Source of the DNA: Escherichia phage Sortsne
Strand: one strand, 5' to 3'
Sequence record: NC_048178.1
Length of the DNA stretch: 41,912 nt
Each line of letters starts with the position of its first letter. Position 1 is the first letter of the stretch. The translations under genes and the position numbers were made by a program. Of this stretch, positions 17,205 to 27,572 are shown piece by piece. The notes below the pieces were generated by a model, which was not told the DNA's origin, searched no databases, and saw only the letters and a list, made by a program, of their open reading frames with translations.

Positions 17205-17221
17205 ACCGGAATCGAGAGACG

Positions 17222-17252
17222 AGAAAGGGGCCAATTAAGGCCCCTTTTTTTA
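17222..17252. terminator. bidirectional intrinsic terminator between recombination operon and tailspike
   Basis: AAAGGGGCC-AATTAA-GGCCCCTTT plus T-run; convergent gene ends. Confidence 0.8.
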
Positions 17253-19625
17253 TGGTCCGCCAGTGATAGGCGGGCGGGTCTGGATCTGCTTATACATCCT
17301 GATCTGAGTCTCCGCCGGGATCGCCGTCTGGATGGCGTCCGCGATATCGACCACGATCGGCGCGCCGGAGTCACTCGGCGGCGTCTGGTACGGAGGGCGG
17401 ACGACCGTCGTCACGAGGTCAGCGCCACCAGCGCCAGCTTTCGGAATGACGATCCGCGTCCCAGGGGACAGCATGGTGGTATAGAGCCACGGCGATCCGG
17501 TAGAGGTCCCGTTAGGCGTTAACCACTGCGTGATCGACTTCTGGCCCACGCTCGCGGCCATGATCTTCGCCTGGTTCCCGGTCGGGAAGTACGCGCCAGC
17601 CTCCACGACGAGGTAAGGCTTAAGCCCCACGATCCCGTTAGGTCCGTTAGCCGGATCGTTGCCGCCGTAGTCGTAAGTCCAGACCAGATCGCCGCGGTCG
17701 AACTCGCGGCCACAGGGGAAGAAGTTGCCATATCCGCCGTGGGCCGTGATATCCGGGAAAAACTGTTTAGACACGTTTCCCAGCATAGCGCCCAGCGAGC
17801 CGTCGATGTTGACATACATCCGGGCCTCAATATTGGAATTGACAATATTGATATTGCTGTAACGGCACTTGCTCCACGCCTGCGTCGTCGGGTTCCGGCT
17901 GTTAACGTTGACCATGTTCAGGACGGATTTAGTCCTGATATATTCCCCGTTCGAGGTGGTCCCGCCGCTGGAGTCGTCGCCCACCGCGTCCAGTTCCCAG
18001 CATTGAACGTTAAACATATCAAGCTGAGTCGCCACGCCGAAGATCGTCAGTTTGTAACAGTCGATATTCTCCAGTTTTACCCGGTTATCGTGGGGGGATC
18101 GGTTAACGCCCGGCGTCGGGTCGCCACGGTCAGCGGCCACAGGGCAGTAAACACGGCCCGTTTTCGTGCGGACGTTGCGGATCGTATAGTTGCGCGGAGA
18201 GGACAGACGCGGCGGCCCCCATTCCATATGGATAATGCGGAGATCGTGGACGTCGGTCGAGGCGTTGGTGACAGGCTCCCCGTCCACGCCGTCGATCACG
18301 AAGTCTTTACAGCCCGACGTGTAGATCCCGGCGGTGGTGATGCCAGTCCCCACGGACATATTCACATCCGGGTTAACGGTCACATTCTGGATCGTGAAGT
18401 CGCGCCCCATTTCAACGTGAATACACTGTTTACACTGGTTAACGAGAACGTTACGGATCGTGAAGTTGCGCGCGTAGTTCTCGTCAGGCAGATCCCAGCC
18501 ATAAGGGCCTTTACCCGCGATACCGATCCCCAGGCCCCAGTTAGAAGCGAAGTTGCCGGGGTTAATGCCGTTGATGTTGTCGAGGAGGATATTTTCGATA
18601 ACGCAACCATTTTCAAAGCATTGATGGACCACGTTTAGCTCGATCCCGTCGCCCTGCATGTTAACAAATGCGAGGTTGCGGAAGATGCCGCGAGACATAA
18701 ACGCATTGCCGCCCTGGTGAATGATCCCGTTATAGCCGTTCGTAAACAGGCATCCGTCCATCTCGATCGTTCCCCAGATCTGAGGACCGCCGGACTGTAC
18801 GCCCTGGATGTTGACATGAGAGTTATTGCTCCCCCCAGGGATGCCGTCATACCAACAATCAAACATCCGCACGTCGCCGCCGTCATGGCGCATACGGTGG
18901 CCGTTACGGCCTAACACGTTTCGTAAGGTCGTATTCTGACACCACATCGAACGACCGCGCCACGTACCGCCGATCACCTCGCAGTTAACAAAGCGGGGAT
19001 CGTTGCCCGTCAGCGTCCAGTCGCCACCACGGATCACGATGTTACTCGCGGTAAGGATGCCGTTAGTCGTGCCTTTCCAGCCATGCGCCCAGACTTCGAG
19101 GCCGTTCGCGCTGGCGTAGTCAAACATCGCCTGTAAAGCCTGCGTTACGCTGGTGTATTCCGGCTTGCCGACGAAGTTCCACGGCGTCACGTAGCCGTTT
19201 AGCTGCTCCTGCACGTTGCCGACTGGCGTCCCGACATAGCTCGCGCCCTTCCCGGAGATCAGGAGGCTCCACATCTGCGCCGGGTCGTATTCGAACAGGT
19301 TCCCGAAATAGTATTGTTGGACGTCGTTACGGTCGTAAACGGCCATAGACGCCTCGATCTTCGTGACCAGCTTCACCACTTGACCATTCCAGATCGGGAA
19401 GCCGACGACGTTCGTCCGTACAGGCTGCGGGATAGGGGTCAGGGTTAGATCCTCGTTCTCGACGTAGATCTGGACCTGGTTCTCCGGGTTCGTCGGGTCG
19501 GTGTCGGCCTTTCCTGCGTAGATCTTCCCGTCCACCAGCGAGGCGAATCGGTCCTTACGAAAGAACGGTTGCGACGGCATCCCTAACGTGCTGAATACCT
19601 CAAGTTGTGCCATGAATCGCTCCAT
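17250..19625 (-). CDS. tailspike protein (P22-type N-terminal head-binding domain plus beta-helix receptor-binding/depolymerase domain)
   Basis: N-terminus GKIYAGKADTDPTNPENQVQIYVENED...NGQVVKLVT...SMAVYD closely parallels the P22 tailspike N-domain as recalled; the rest has beta-helix-like repeats. Confidence 0.85.
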   Translation of the reverse strand: MERFMAQLEVFSTLGMPSQPFFRKDRFASLVDGKIYAGKADTDPTNPENQVQIYVENEDLTLTPIPQPVRTNVVGFPIWNGQVVKLVTKIEASMAVYDRNDVQQYYFGNLFEYDPAQMWSLLISGKGASYVGTPVGNVQEQLNGYVTPWNFVGKPEYTSVTQALQAMFDYASANGLEVWAHGWKGTTNGILTASNIVIRGGDWTLTGNDPRFVNCEVIGGTWRGRSMWCQNTTLRNVLGRNGHRMRHDGGDVRMFDCWYDGIPGGSNNSHVNIQGVQSGGPQIWGTIEMDGCLFTNGYNGIIHQGGNAFMSRGIFRNLAFVNMQGDGIELNVVHQCFENGCVIENILLDNINGINPGNFASNWGLGIGIAGKGPYGWDLPDENYARNFTIRNVLVNQCKQCIHVEMGRDFTIQNVTVNPDVNMSVGTGITTAGIYTSGCKDFVIDGVDGEPVTNASTDVHDLRIIHMEWGPPRLSSPRNYTIRNVRTKTGRVYCPVAADRGDPTPGVNRSPHDNRVKLENIDCYKLTIFGVATQLDMFNVQCWELDAVGDDSSGGTTSNGEYIRTKSVLNMVNVNSRNPTTQAWSKCRYSNINIVNSNIEARMYVNIDGSLGAMLGNVSKQFFPDITAHGGYGNFFPCGREFDRGDLVWTYDYGGNDPANGPNGIVGLKPYLVVEAGAYFPTGNQAKIMAASVGQKSITQWLTPNGTSTGSPWLYTTMLSPGTRIVIPKAGAGGADLVTTVVRPPYQTPPSDSGAPIVVDIADAIQTAIPAETQIRMYKQIQTRPPITGGP

Positions 19626-19651
19626 TAAAAAGGGGGCCTAAGCCCCCGTTA

Positions 19652-22600
19652 TTATTGCTGCTCGTCGGCTGCTGCTGCCCTGCCTGCTCCGCCACCTCCG
19701 CCAGCAAGGAAGCCCACGATCCCGGCCCGGCTGATCGCGGCCTGCTCGTCCGGCGTCATGGAGGCGATCAGCGCCTTCCACTCCGGGGAGTTAGCGGCGG
19801 CTTGTTCAGCCTCATTGACGAAGGTCCGGCCCGCCGGGGTTAGCTTGCCGGAACTCTGCGCCGCTGCCGCCTGGAGAAGTTTATTAAAGTTTCCCCCAGA
19901 AAGCACGTTATCCGCCAGCACAGATCGAGGGACGCGGGTCGCCCGGCTTGCTGCCTGCGCTGCGGACAATGCGGCGTTACCTGCCGGGCCTAACGTGTAC
20001 AGCGCGGCGGCATGTTTCCCCAGGAAGCCAGCGGCCCCGTACAGCTTGGACATTACGCCACCAGCGCCGGGATCGTTAAATCGCTTCATAAACTCACTGA
20101 TCGATCCGGTCGAGGTGGTGAATCGCTGGGCGCGATCGATGCCCTGAGCCACGCGGTAAATCTGCATAAAGCGGCGTTGTTGCTCGCGGGGTAAATGCTT
20201 CATTACGGAGCCTAACGTCCCGTTAGCCTGGGCGGTGCGATACCAGTCCACAAAGCCCGGAATGGCGAAGTTATTCCGCGCGCTACGTGCGCCCAGGGTA
20301 CGCTCCAGCGCGTTAGCCACTACGTCGGACTTGAGGCTGTCCGGGGTTGCGGCCATCAGCTTGTCCCAGTCCCTCGCGCTGCCGCCCTTCTTGCCCAGGT
20401 TCAGGATCGCACTCTGCACTTTCCCGGTGATCGAGTTGTCGAGGTTTTTCCCCAGGACTTCGAGGGCCTGAGTCTCCAGGTCCTTACGGCGTTTAACAAG
20501 CTGTTTCCCCACATTCCAGTCGTCCGCCGCGCCATACTGGGCCGCGACTCGCTCCTGGTCGTCAGTCAGGCGGGCATAAAGCTGTTTAAGCTGCGCCGGG
20601 ACTTCATCCTTAAACGGGCCGTTTTTCTTGTTCAGCGCCTCGCCGACCTGCTTCCGAAGGGTGTCCAGTCGGGCGTAAGTCGGGATCGTCGAAACACTCT
20701 GATCAGGGAGTCCCGTCACTGGGTCCACCTTCCCAGGCTTCGGAGCCATCCAGTCGAGCGCCTTTTTCTCTGCTGCGGAAAGGTACTCGTCCCCGCCTAA
20801 CTCGTCAGCCTTCGCCGTCAGATAATCCACGGTGCTGTCCGGCCTTACTTCGGCGTTGCGGGGGATCTTGGCGCTCACGGCGTTATAAGCCTTTTCCGCC
20901 TCGTCGCCCAGTCCGTCGATAATGGCGCGGGTGCGGGCGGCAAACGCCTGATCGATGGTCTGCGCGTTCATGCTGGTCATGCTGTCGATCAGATCGTCGG
21001 CCTTCTCGCTTAAACGCGCGATCCCGTTTAACTGCTGCGTTTCCAGGTTGGAGCCTTTGGCGCTAACAAGCTGCTGGATCGTGCTGCGGAAATTGGTATC
21101 ACGAGCATAAGCCGCCGGGGTCAGTTGGTCCTCAATCCCCAGATCGCGGGCGGTTTTCATCAGCTTTTTATCGACGTCGGCCATGTTCGCCAGATCGATC
21201 GCCTCGTCAGACGCGCGGAGCGTCTCACCGTTCGCGCCCTGTACGTTACGATCGGGGGTGAGTCGGAACTTGCTCGCATCACGCGCCACAGCGTCGGAAA
21301 TGCCCGCCTCGGACGCCTGGGTGGATCGTGCTGCATCTGCCGCCGCGTCTGCACCAGCCCCACCAGCGGCCCCAGCGCCTTCACCAGCGCCCCGGACGGC
21401 CTGCCACAGCTTACCAGCCCCGCCGATGATAGCTCGGCCCACAGCCTCGCCAGCGGGCGCTAGTGCGATGTTGGTCAGCGTCTCCTCCGGGTCCCCACGG
21501 CCAGCGGCCACCGCACCAGGAACGGCGCGAGCCGCCGGAGCGGCTACCCAGCGTTGGACGGCATCGGCGACGCGGGTCCCGAATTGAGCGACGTCCGGCG
21601 CGTCACGCACGATCCCCATAAGCTCCTCGGCTGCTGCGGCCTTACGCGGCCCCGGCAACGGCGCGAGCATATCGCCGATCAGGGTCCCGATCTGCGCGTA
21701 TTTGTCCGTCGGCCCCTCAAATCCGGGAATCCCCCCAGGGGTGATAGTCGGCGCTTGGGTGCTCTCGTCCACAATCCCCAGCCCCTTCCCGGCATCGGTC
21801 ACGGCGTTGGAGATCATGTTCGCCAGCGAGATCGGCGTGTTCAGGAGGTCGATCCCGGTCTGGGCCACGCCTCGCGCTGCCTGTTCGACGCTGCCGCCTA
21901 ACTTCCGCCAGTTTTCGGCGGCTTCGGCGTTAGGGTCGGTTTGTCCGGGGAGATTAGCTCCGCCCGGCTCTCCGTTACCGTTCGGCGCTGCCGCCCCTTG
22001 TGCGCCATCAGATCCCGCTTGATTAGGTGCATTGCCAGCGGCGACGGCTGCGACTTGTTGATCGGCCCCTCCGGCTCCGGCGGCTGCTCCATCTCCTCCA
22101 GTTCGGGGGGAATATTCCCCGAATTGATCGAATACATTACCAGACTGAGACGAGCCGCCAGCGCGGGCGCTGGTTGCACGTTGAACAGGTTCAGCGCTAC
22201 CGCCAGGCCCTCGGCCAGTCCACTCATTAAAACGTTCATCCACATATTGACGCCCCTCCGGGCCAGGTTGTGCCTGTCCCGCGATCTGTTTATCTACATT
22301 GCCGGGGCCGTCGTGGTAAGCCTGGAGCGCGAGGCCCCAGTCTCCGTAACGCTGGTACATCTGGGAAAGGTACTGCGCCCCGGCGTCAGCCTGGAGCGCG
22401 GGATCGCGCTGTAGCTCGTTCCAGTTGTACCCCATACCCTCCGCCGTTGGCCTCATGACCTGAGTCAAGCCATAAGCGCCAGCGGAAGAACGCGCGGAGG
22501 TCGGATCAGCTTCGCCGCCCGTCTCCTTGCTCGCCAATGCCTGCATGATGCCAGCGGGTAGTCCCCATTTAGCCCCGGCGCTCTCAAGTAGATCAGCATA

Positions 22601-22699
22601 GCCGTCGCCCGTCGATCCCGGTTGCGTAGGAATCTGATTAGGGAGCGCCGTCGCAGATTTCGGCATGTTCTGATCGAATTGGTCGAATACGTTAGCCAT
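19652..22699 (-). CDS. ejection/internal virion protein with N-terminal lytic transglycosylase (SLT) domain
   Basis: 1015 aa; SLT motifs ALASKETGG, GAYGLTQVM, AYHDGPGNV; long Gly/Ala-rich helical remainder. Confidence 0.8.
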   Translation of the reverse strand: MANVFDQFDQNMPKSATALPNQIPTQPGSTGDGYADLLESAGAKWGLPAGIMQALASKETGGEADPTSARSSAGAYGLTQVMRPTAEGMGYNWNELQRDPALQADAGAQYLSQMYQRYGDWGLALQAYHDGPGNVDKQIAGQAQPGPEGRQYVDERFNEWTGRGPGGSAEPVQRATSARAGGSSQSGNVFDQFGEYSPRTGGDGAAAGAGGADQQVAAVAAGNAPNQAGSDGAQGAAAPNGNGEPGGANLPGQTDPNAEAAENWRKLGGSVEQAARGVAQTGIDLLNTPISLANMISNAVTDAGKGLGIVDESTQAPTITPGGIPGFEGPTDKYAQIGTLIGDMLAPLPGPRKAAAAEELMGIVRDAPDVAQFGTRVADAVQRWVAAPAARAVPGAVAAGRGDPEETLTNIALAPAGEAVGRAIIGGAGKLWQAVRGAGEGAGAAGGAGADAAADAARSTQASEAGISDAVARDASKFRLTPDRNVQGANGETLRASDEAIDLANMADVDKKLMKTARDLGIEDQLTPAAYARDTNFRSTIQQLVSAKGSNLETQQLNGIARLSEKADDLIDSMTSMNAQTIDQAFAARTRAIIDGLGDEAEKAYNAVSAKIPRNAEVRPDSTVDYLTAKADELGGDEYLSAAEKKALDWMAPKPGKVDPVTGLPDQSVSTIPTYARLDTLRKQVGEALNKKNGPFKDEVPAQLKQLYARLTDDQERVAAQYGAADDWNVGKQLVKRRKDLETQALEVLGKNLDNSITGKVQSAILNLGKKGGSARDWDKLMAATPDSLKSDVVANALERTLGARSARNNFAIPGFVDWYRTAQANGTLGSVMKHLPREQQRRFMQIYRVAQGIDRAQRFTTSTGSISEFMKRFNDPGAGGVMSKLYGAAGFLGKHAAALYTLGPAGNAALSAAQAASRATRVPRSVLADNVLSGGNFNKLLQAAAAQSSGKLTPAGRTFVNEAEQAAANSPEWKALIASMTPDEQAAISRAGIVGFLAGGGGGAGRAAAADEQQ

Positions 22700-24018
22700 T
22701 AAAGCCCCTCCGGTAAGAATCCGTATTTTTCCTTAAACTGCTGCTTAACGCTAGGGGTCGGGTTCGAATACAGATAATTAATGGCCGCGCTCGCGTTGGT
22801 CGGGTCCATCCCCCCAGACGAAAGCTGTCCGATTGCCGATTGTTTGGCGTCGTCCTGCTGGATATCCCGGCGGTAGGACTCCACGCGCCCGCCCTGCGAC
22901 TTCTCGATCGCGTCCTTGCCCTTGCTGAGTGCGGTCACGTAGCGCGTCATAACGTCCTTAAGCTGCTGCTCGTTCATGGTGCGCGGGTCTGCGTTGATCA
23001 GCGCCTGAGCGGCTGCGCGGCCCTCCTGCTCGGTAACGGGACCAGTACCGCGTAAAGACTGAATACCCGCGACGCGGGCCTGATCTTTAAGCTGGTTAAA
23101 CTGATTCATGATCTCCGCCGTGGCATCGCCGCCGCCAGTCACGAAAGAGGCCCCACGGTTCAGCGCGCCCAGGTTGCCCGTCACGTAGGCCAGATCCTTA
23201 CGCTGGAGGAGTCGCTGGGCCTGGTCGATCGCCGTGGTGATCGGGGCGAGTTGCGTCTCGTAGGTCTGCAAAAAGTCGCGCTTCGTGTTCAGGCTGTCCT
23301 GTTGCATTTTTTGCTGCTGCTGCGCGTACTTCTGGCGCTCAATATCGTTCCTTTCCTGCGAGATCCGCGTGTTGAGGCGCTCGGTCTGGAGGCCGATATA
23401 TTTCAGGTTACGATCCGCCGCTTTCGCTGAGGCGTCCAGGTCCTGCCCCCGGATCGTGGTCTGGTTCTTCATCGTCTCTTTGGCGTAGTCCAGTTGATCC
23501 TTACTGGTATTGCTCGCCAGGTGGAGAGCCTGCACCGAACGACGGAAGCCCTCCGGGTCAGACGTGGCCGACTGGAGCGCGCGCTGAGGATCGATCCCCA
23601 TCGCCTGGAGTGCCTGCGCGTTCTGCTGCACAAATGCCGCCGCCTGCTCCGGTCCCTGCGAGAGAGCGACGTCCGCCTGGCTGGCAAGGCTTGCGCCCTG
23701 CTGCTGGCGCATCGTGTCCAGAAGGCCCAGGCGCTTCTGTAACGCCTCGATCTGGTTCGGGTACTTGTACGCCAGATCCTGGAGTTTCGACGGGTCCCCG
23801 GCTGCGGCCTGCCAGTCAGCATTAAATTGCTTCATCTGCTCGGCCTGGAGTCCTGCCTGTTTCATGGCCTGGCCCCGGATCTGGTTCTCCTGAAATTGCG
23901 CCGTGTTCTGCTGGATCTTGCCGTAGTTGTTCAGCGTGTCTTGTGCGCCCTGTTGAATGATCCCGATATTCTGCGCAAAAGATCCGATGTTGGGATCTGC
24001 TCCGAAGATAGCCGCCAT
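22699..24018 (-). CDS. ejection protein (gp20-like by position)
   Basis: 439-aa Gln-rich coiled-coil protein in the P22-like ejection cluster; 1-nt start/stop overlaps. Confidence 0.55.
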   Translation of the reverse strand: MAAIFGADPNIGSFAQNIGIIQQGAQDTLNNYGKIQQNTAQFQENQIRGQAMKQAGLQAEQMKQFNADWQAAAGDPSKLQDLAYKYPNQIEALQKRLGLLDTMRQQQGASLASQADVALSQGPEQAAAFVQQNAQALQAMGIDPQRALQSATSDPEGFRRSVQALHLASNTSKDQLDYAKETMKNQTTIRGQDLDASAKAADRNLKYIGLQTERLNTRISQERNDIERQKYAQQQQKMQQDSLNTKRDFLQTYETQLAPITTAIDQAQRLLQRKDLAYVTGNLGALNRGASFVTGGGDATAEIMNQFNQLKDQARVAGIQSLRGTGPVTEQEGRAAAQALINADPRTMNEQQLKDVMTRYVTALSKGKDAIEKSQGGRVESYRRDIQQDDAKQSAIGQLSSGGMDPTNASAAINYLYSNPTPSVKQQFKEKYGFLPEGL

Positions 24019-24668
24019 TAGATAAAGCTCCCGAACATGTTACCGAAAGAGTTAACGTCTTGCGCTGCCCCCTGAGAGAGCGCGTTCTGGCTGTACCCGG
24101 CCACCTGCCACGGCAAGGCCGCTTTAGCCGCGTTAACGTTGCCTTTCTGAGACTGGAGGCCCAGAAGGGTGTTAGTGCCTTGTGCTGCGGTCGCAGACTG
24201 CGCGCCAGCGCCGGACAGGCCCACGTTAACAAGCCCCATAAGCTGGTTATACATATCCTGCTGCTGGGCCGTCTGCTGCGCGAGATAGTTCTGGCCTAAC
24301 GTCGGCGCGATCGATGCCAGCGCGTTATTAGTGGCCGAACTCCCCAGCCCGCCCGTCGCTTCCGCTGCGGCCAGTTGCGATCGTCGTGCTGCCTCCTCCG
24401 ACTGCGCGAACTCCTGCCCGCCGTAATACTGGGAGAGCGACTTCTCTCGATCGATCGGCTGGCCCGCCAGCGCCACAAGGTCGGGTAGTGCATTGGTCCC
24501 GGCTTCACGGAATGGAGACAGCCAGGCGTCCTGTCGCTCCATTAGATCGCGCTGCCAGTCCATCTGTTTGTCGAGGCTTTTCTGTTGCTGCTTCGCCGCC
24601 TTGTTCGCGCCGATGCCGCCTAAGATACCCCCGACGGCGTTACCGATCCCACTGATAGCTCCGCCCAT
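24018..24668 (-). CDS. ejection protein (gp7-like by position)
   Basis: 216 aa, Gly-rich N-terminus and Gln/Ala-rich body; assigned by position. Confidence 0.5.
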   Translation of the reverse strand: MGGAISGIGNAVGGILGGIGANKAAKQQQKSLDKQMDWQRDLMERQDAWLSPFREAGTNALPDLVALAGQPIDREKSLSQYYGGQEFAQSEEAARRSQLAAAEATGGLGSSATNNALASIAPTLGQNYLAQQTAQQQDMYNQLMGLVNVGLSGAGAQSATAAQGTNTLLGLQSQKGNVNAAKAALPWQVAGYSQNALSQGAAQDVNSFGNMFGSFI

Positions 24669-25050
24669 TTGGTCCTCTCCTCAAGAAAATAATTTCGGCC
24701 TTTTGACCGCCCACTAATTCTACCTGCTCCGGCGGATATTCAACAAATCCGACTTTCTTCACGACGTTGCGCGCGTGTCGGTGGCTCGCCAGTACCGGGA
24801 CGCGGATCTGGTACTCGCCCCAGTGCTCCAGGAAGGCCAGACACGCCTCGCGGGACCGTCTGCGGCTGGGGGGAGTCATTGCCATATGACCGTCGATCCC
24901 GCCTTCATCGTTCGCCATGATGGCAAATACGCAACAACGATCCCACAGGAAATATTTTGCGACCGCCTCGCGCGGCCACTCCGGGAGGCCCCAGGCGTGG
25001 AGTAATGCCACGCCGGAGTCCGGGATTAGCTCGATCATTTCTCCACTCAT
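24640..25050 (-). CDS. hypothetical protein (gp14-like position)
   Basis: 136-aa ORF, ATGA coupling with tail-needle gene. Confidence 0.4.
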   Translation of the reverse strand: MSGEMIELIPDSGVALLHAWGLPEWPREAVAKYFLWDRCCVFAIMANDEGGIDGHMAMTPPSRRRSREACLAFLEHWGEYQIRVPVLASHRHARNVVKKVGFVEYPPEQVELVGGQKAEIIFLRRGPNGRSYQWDR

Positions 25051-25634
25051 GGCGTCGGGTTCACTCCTGCCAGTCCGTGGGACATAACGAGGGCCACCAG
25101 CGCGGCGATCGTCTGTCGCGCCTCCACCAGCCCGTCCGCCAGTGCCTGGATCTCCGCCTGCGAGTAGGTCGCCCCGGCGGTATATGCGGCGCTTCCGTTA
25201 ATGCCGCCCTTCTTGAGCGTACCGCTCGCCGCCGTCCAGCCTAATTGACGCCCGCCCATCACTTTGACGTTATTCACGCGGATCTCGGTCCCGATGGACA
25301 GCGGCCCGTCCATCACCTGGAGCGTGGTCTTGTTCAGTTTGACGCTGTTCACGTCCAGCGACACGATCGATCCGCTCAAGCCTTCGACCTCGGCGCTCAA
25401 TTGCGAGATCTGCCCGGCCTGCTGGTTCAGGGTGGTGTCCTGTTGGTCGTTGCGGGTCTTTTGCTCGTTCGCCACCTTTAAGGCGTCGCTGGCGTTCTCC
25501 GTCGCCTCGCCAGCATTGCGTCCAGCCTGCGCCGAAAGTTGGTTAAGTCTCACCAGCCAGTCGCGGAAGGCGACCGGAGTCCCTGGCGGTAAGCTGTTCG
25601 GGTTTAGCTGCTGCGGGGTGTAGTTTGCGGCCAT
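25047..25634 (-). CDS. tail needle protein (P22 gp26-like)
   Basis: GWTAASGTLKKG...YSQAEIQALADGLVEARQTIAALVALVMSHGL parallels the P22 gp26 C-terminal region as recalled; heptad-rich middle. Confidence 0.75.
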   Translation of the reverse strand: MAANYTPQQLNPNSLPPGTPVAFRDWLVRLNQLSAQAGRNAGEATENASDALKVANEQKTRNDQQDTTLNQQAGQISQLSAEVEGLSGSIVSLDVNSVKLNKTTLQVMDGPLSIGTEIRVNNVKVMGGRQLGWTAASGTLKKGGINGSAAYTAGATYSQAEIQALADGLVEARQTIAALVALVMSHGLAGVNPTP

Positions 25635-25649
25635 AAGATCCTCCCAGGG

Positions 25650-27107
25650 TTAGCTCACACGGACACGAGCGCGCGAGAGAGTCGCCGGGGTTGCGCCGAC
25701 GGTGCGGATTTTGAACGCGAGAGCCGTCCGGCATCGCCCGATCTTCTTGAGGATAACGCGCTTTAGCCACTGCTGCGGCGTGTTGTAGTCGATCAGGATC
25801 TCCTGTCCGAACGCGCTCCCGTCCTCGGTGGCGGATAGCCACATCCGGCTCGTAACGCTGTCGCCGCCCACGCTCGCGTCGATCTCGAAGTCGGACAGGA
25901 TCATGTTCTCAAACGGCATAAGCGGCGTATAGAGGACGATCTCCTGGTCGGCCCCGTACTGGGAGCAAGTGGTCATATCGAACTCGCCCAGAATGGCCTC
26001 GCGCTTGTCGCCTACGGTGATCTTGCTGCCTTCGTTGCAGTAGTCGATCGCGCGGTGCGGGCCGCTGGCGTTCTGTACGCCCGTTTTAATAATCGACCAT
26101 ACCGGGACGCCTTGCGCCTGGCTAACGGGGTGATCGTAGACGAGCGTCTGGTCCGGTAAGTGGACAATAAGAAGTTTATGGCTTTCAAAGCTCACAGCCT
26201 CCAGTCGGGCGTCCTGTAATTGGGCCACGGAGTACGCGGAGAGGATCTTCTTAATCTGGATCGAGGCCAGATCAGACCAGTCGCCGCCGCCGGGGTTCAT
26301 CAGCGCGATCGTGTATTCGCCCACGAAAGGCGACGTGATAAAGGCGAAGCTGTTCAGGTACTGCGCCACCGTTTCACGGCCCAGCGTCCCGGCTTCGACC
26401 GTATAGGACGGCTGGCTGGCGTAGACGTTCTGATCGTCCCCGGTCAGGCCGAAGAACTCGATCGAGGCGGTCCCGAAGCACAGGACATAATCGCGCCACG
26501 CCCTGATCGCCACGATGCCGTCCGGCATGGACTCCGCACGATACGCCGGGGCCGTCTTGTCCGGGTGGCTCTCGTCGGTAAGGTCGGAGATCCAGAAGGT
26601 GTCCGATCCCTTCACGCTGAAAATGTAGCGCTGTCGGAGGTGGCACACGTCGTTAATATCGCCCCACGTGTATTGTGGGTTATCGACGTCCGTCCCGGAG
26701 TCGCGCGGCCAGTTGGCGAAGGTTTTACGGGTCCCGTCATAGCCGATCAGGATAAGCTGATTTTGGGAGACGATCCCCTGGCTGGTGCGGCTATGCGCCA
26801 TCGGGGTTCGATCTTCGGCTGAGATATCCGCGATCGGGTTGCCGTTGTTGTACAGCTTGCCGCCCATCACGCGGTAGGCCGTGTTTGAGACGGTGTTCCA
26901 GTGGACGCCACGAGAGATCCCCGCAACGTCCAGCGACTTACGGAGGCCGGGCATCATGCGCATGTAGCCGTTGCCGCCCTTAATCTGGCGCGCGATCGCC
27001 AGCATGTTCTCCGGTAAGCGGGTGATCCAGTCGAAGTCCGTCCGGCTGCGGCCATCACCGAAAACAATCGGCAAATTCACGACCTGTCCGCGTTCTGGTT
27101 GTTTCAT
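25650..27107 (-). CDS. tail accessory / head-completion protein (P22 gp10-like by size and position)
   Basis: 485 aa between gp4-like and needle genes. Confidence 0.55.
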   Translation of the reverse strand: MKQPERGQVVNLPIVFGDGRSRTDFDWITRLPENMLAIARQIKGGNGYMRMMPGLRKSLDVAGISRGVHWNTVSNTAYRVMGGKLYNNGNPIADISAEDRTPMAHSRTSQGIVSQNQLILIGYDGTRKTFANWPRDSGTDVDNPQYTWGDINDVCHLRQRYIFSVKGSDTFWISDLTDESHPDKTAPAYRAESMPDGIVAIRAWRDYVLCFGTASIEFFGLTGDDQNVYASQPSYTVEAGTLGRETVAQYLNSFAFITSPFVGEYTIALMNPGGGDWSDLASIQIKKILSAYSVAQLQDARLEAVSFESHKLLIVHLPDQTLVYDHPVSQAQGVPVWSIIKTGVQNASGPHRAIDYCNEGSKITVGDKREAILGEFDMTTCSQYGADQEIVLYTPLMPFENMILSDFEIDASVGGDSVTSRMWLSATEDGSAFGQEILIDYNTPQQWLKRVILKKIGRCRTALAFKIRTVGATPATLSRARVRVS

Positions 27108-27116
27108 CCTGCCCCC

Positions 27117-27572
27117 TTATTCCGCGCTGCCGTCGTCGTAAAATCGGCTATGCGCCCACGTTGATTGATTGCCCGCCCCGGTCGGCATATCGTTACGACG
27201 CTTGAGCGGCGGGACCTTGTAAAACTGGATCTTGATATCGTCCCATTTCTCCTTAAGGAGCGCCCGGACGTCTGGGGGGAGATCGCGCTGGTTGTCGATA
27301 AGCATCCGCTGGCCCAGCTTGAGCGCCAGGGCCTCCAGCGTCCACAGGTCCAGCCCGGAGTCCTCGTTCCCGTCCGGTACGCCGTCGGAGTTGGTGGTGA
27401 AGATATAGGGGAAGTCTAAGCCGTCGCGGATCTGCTCCGCCATGAGAGCCTCCAGATCAAACAGCCCATCCGTGATGGACTGTTGATCGGCTACCATTAG
27501 CGTTGCAGTCGAGGACAGACCAGCCCGGCGTAATGCCTGGTTTACGATCTGGATCTTCTGCAAGGTCGCCAT
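27117..27572 (-). CDS. tail accessory factor (P22 gp4-like)
   Basis: 151 aa; MPTGAGNQS and DLEALMAEQ segments resemble P22 gp4 as recalled. Confidence 0.65.
   Translation of the reverse strand: MATLQKIQIVNQALRRAGLSSTATLMVADQQSITDGLFDLEALMAEQIRDGLDFPYIFTTNSDGVPDGNEDSGLDLWTLEALALKLGQRMLIDNQRDLPPDVRALLKEKWDDIKIQFYKVPPLKRRNDMPTGAGNQSTWAHSRFYDDGSAE

Noticed and set aside
17739-18638. 299-aa plus-strand ORF inside the tailspike gene
   Set aside because: Antisense to a gene with a strong P22-type N-terminal match; no RBS or start context
24640-25050. Acetyltransferase-like assignment for the 136-aa ejection-cluster ORF
   Set aside because: No convincing GNAT motifs; left as hypothetical
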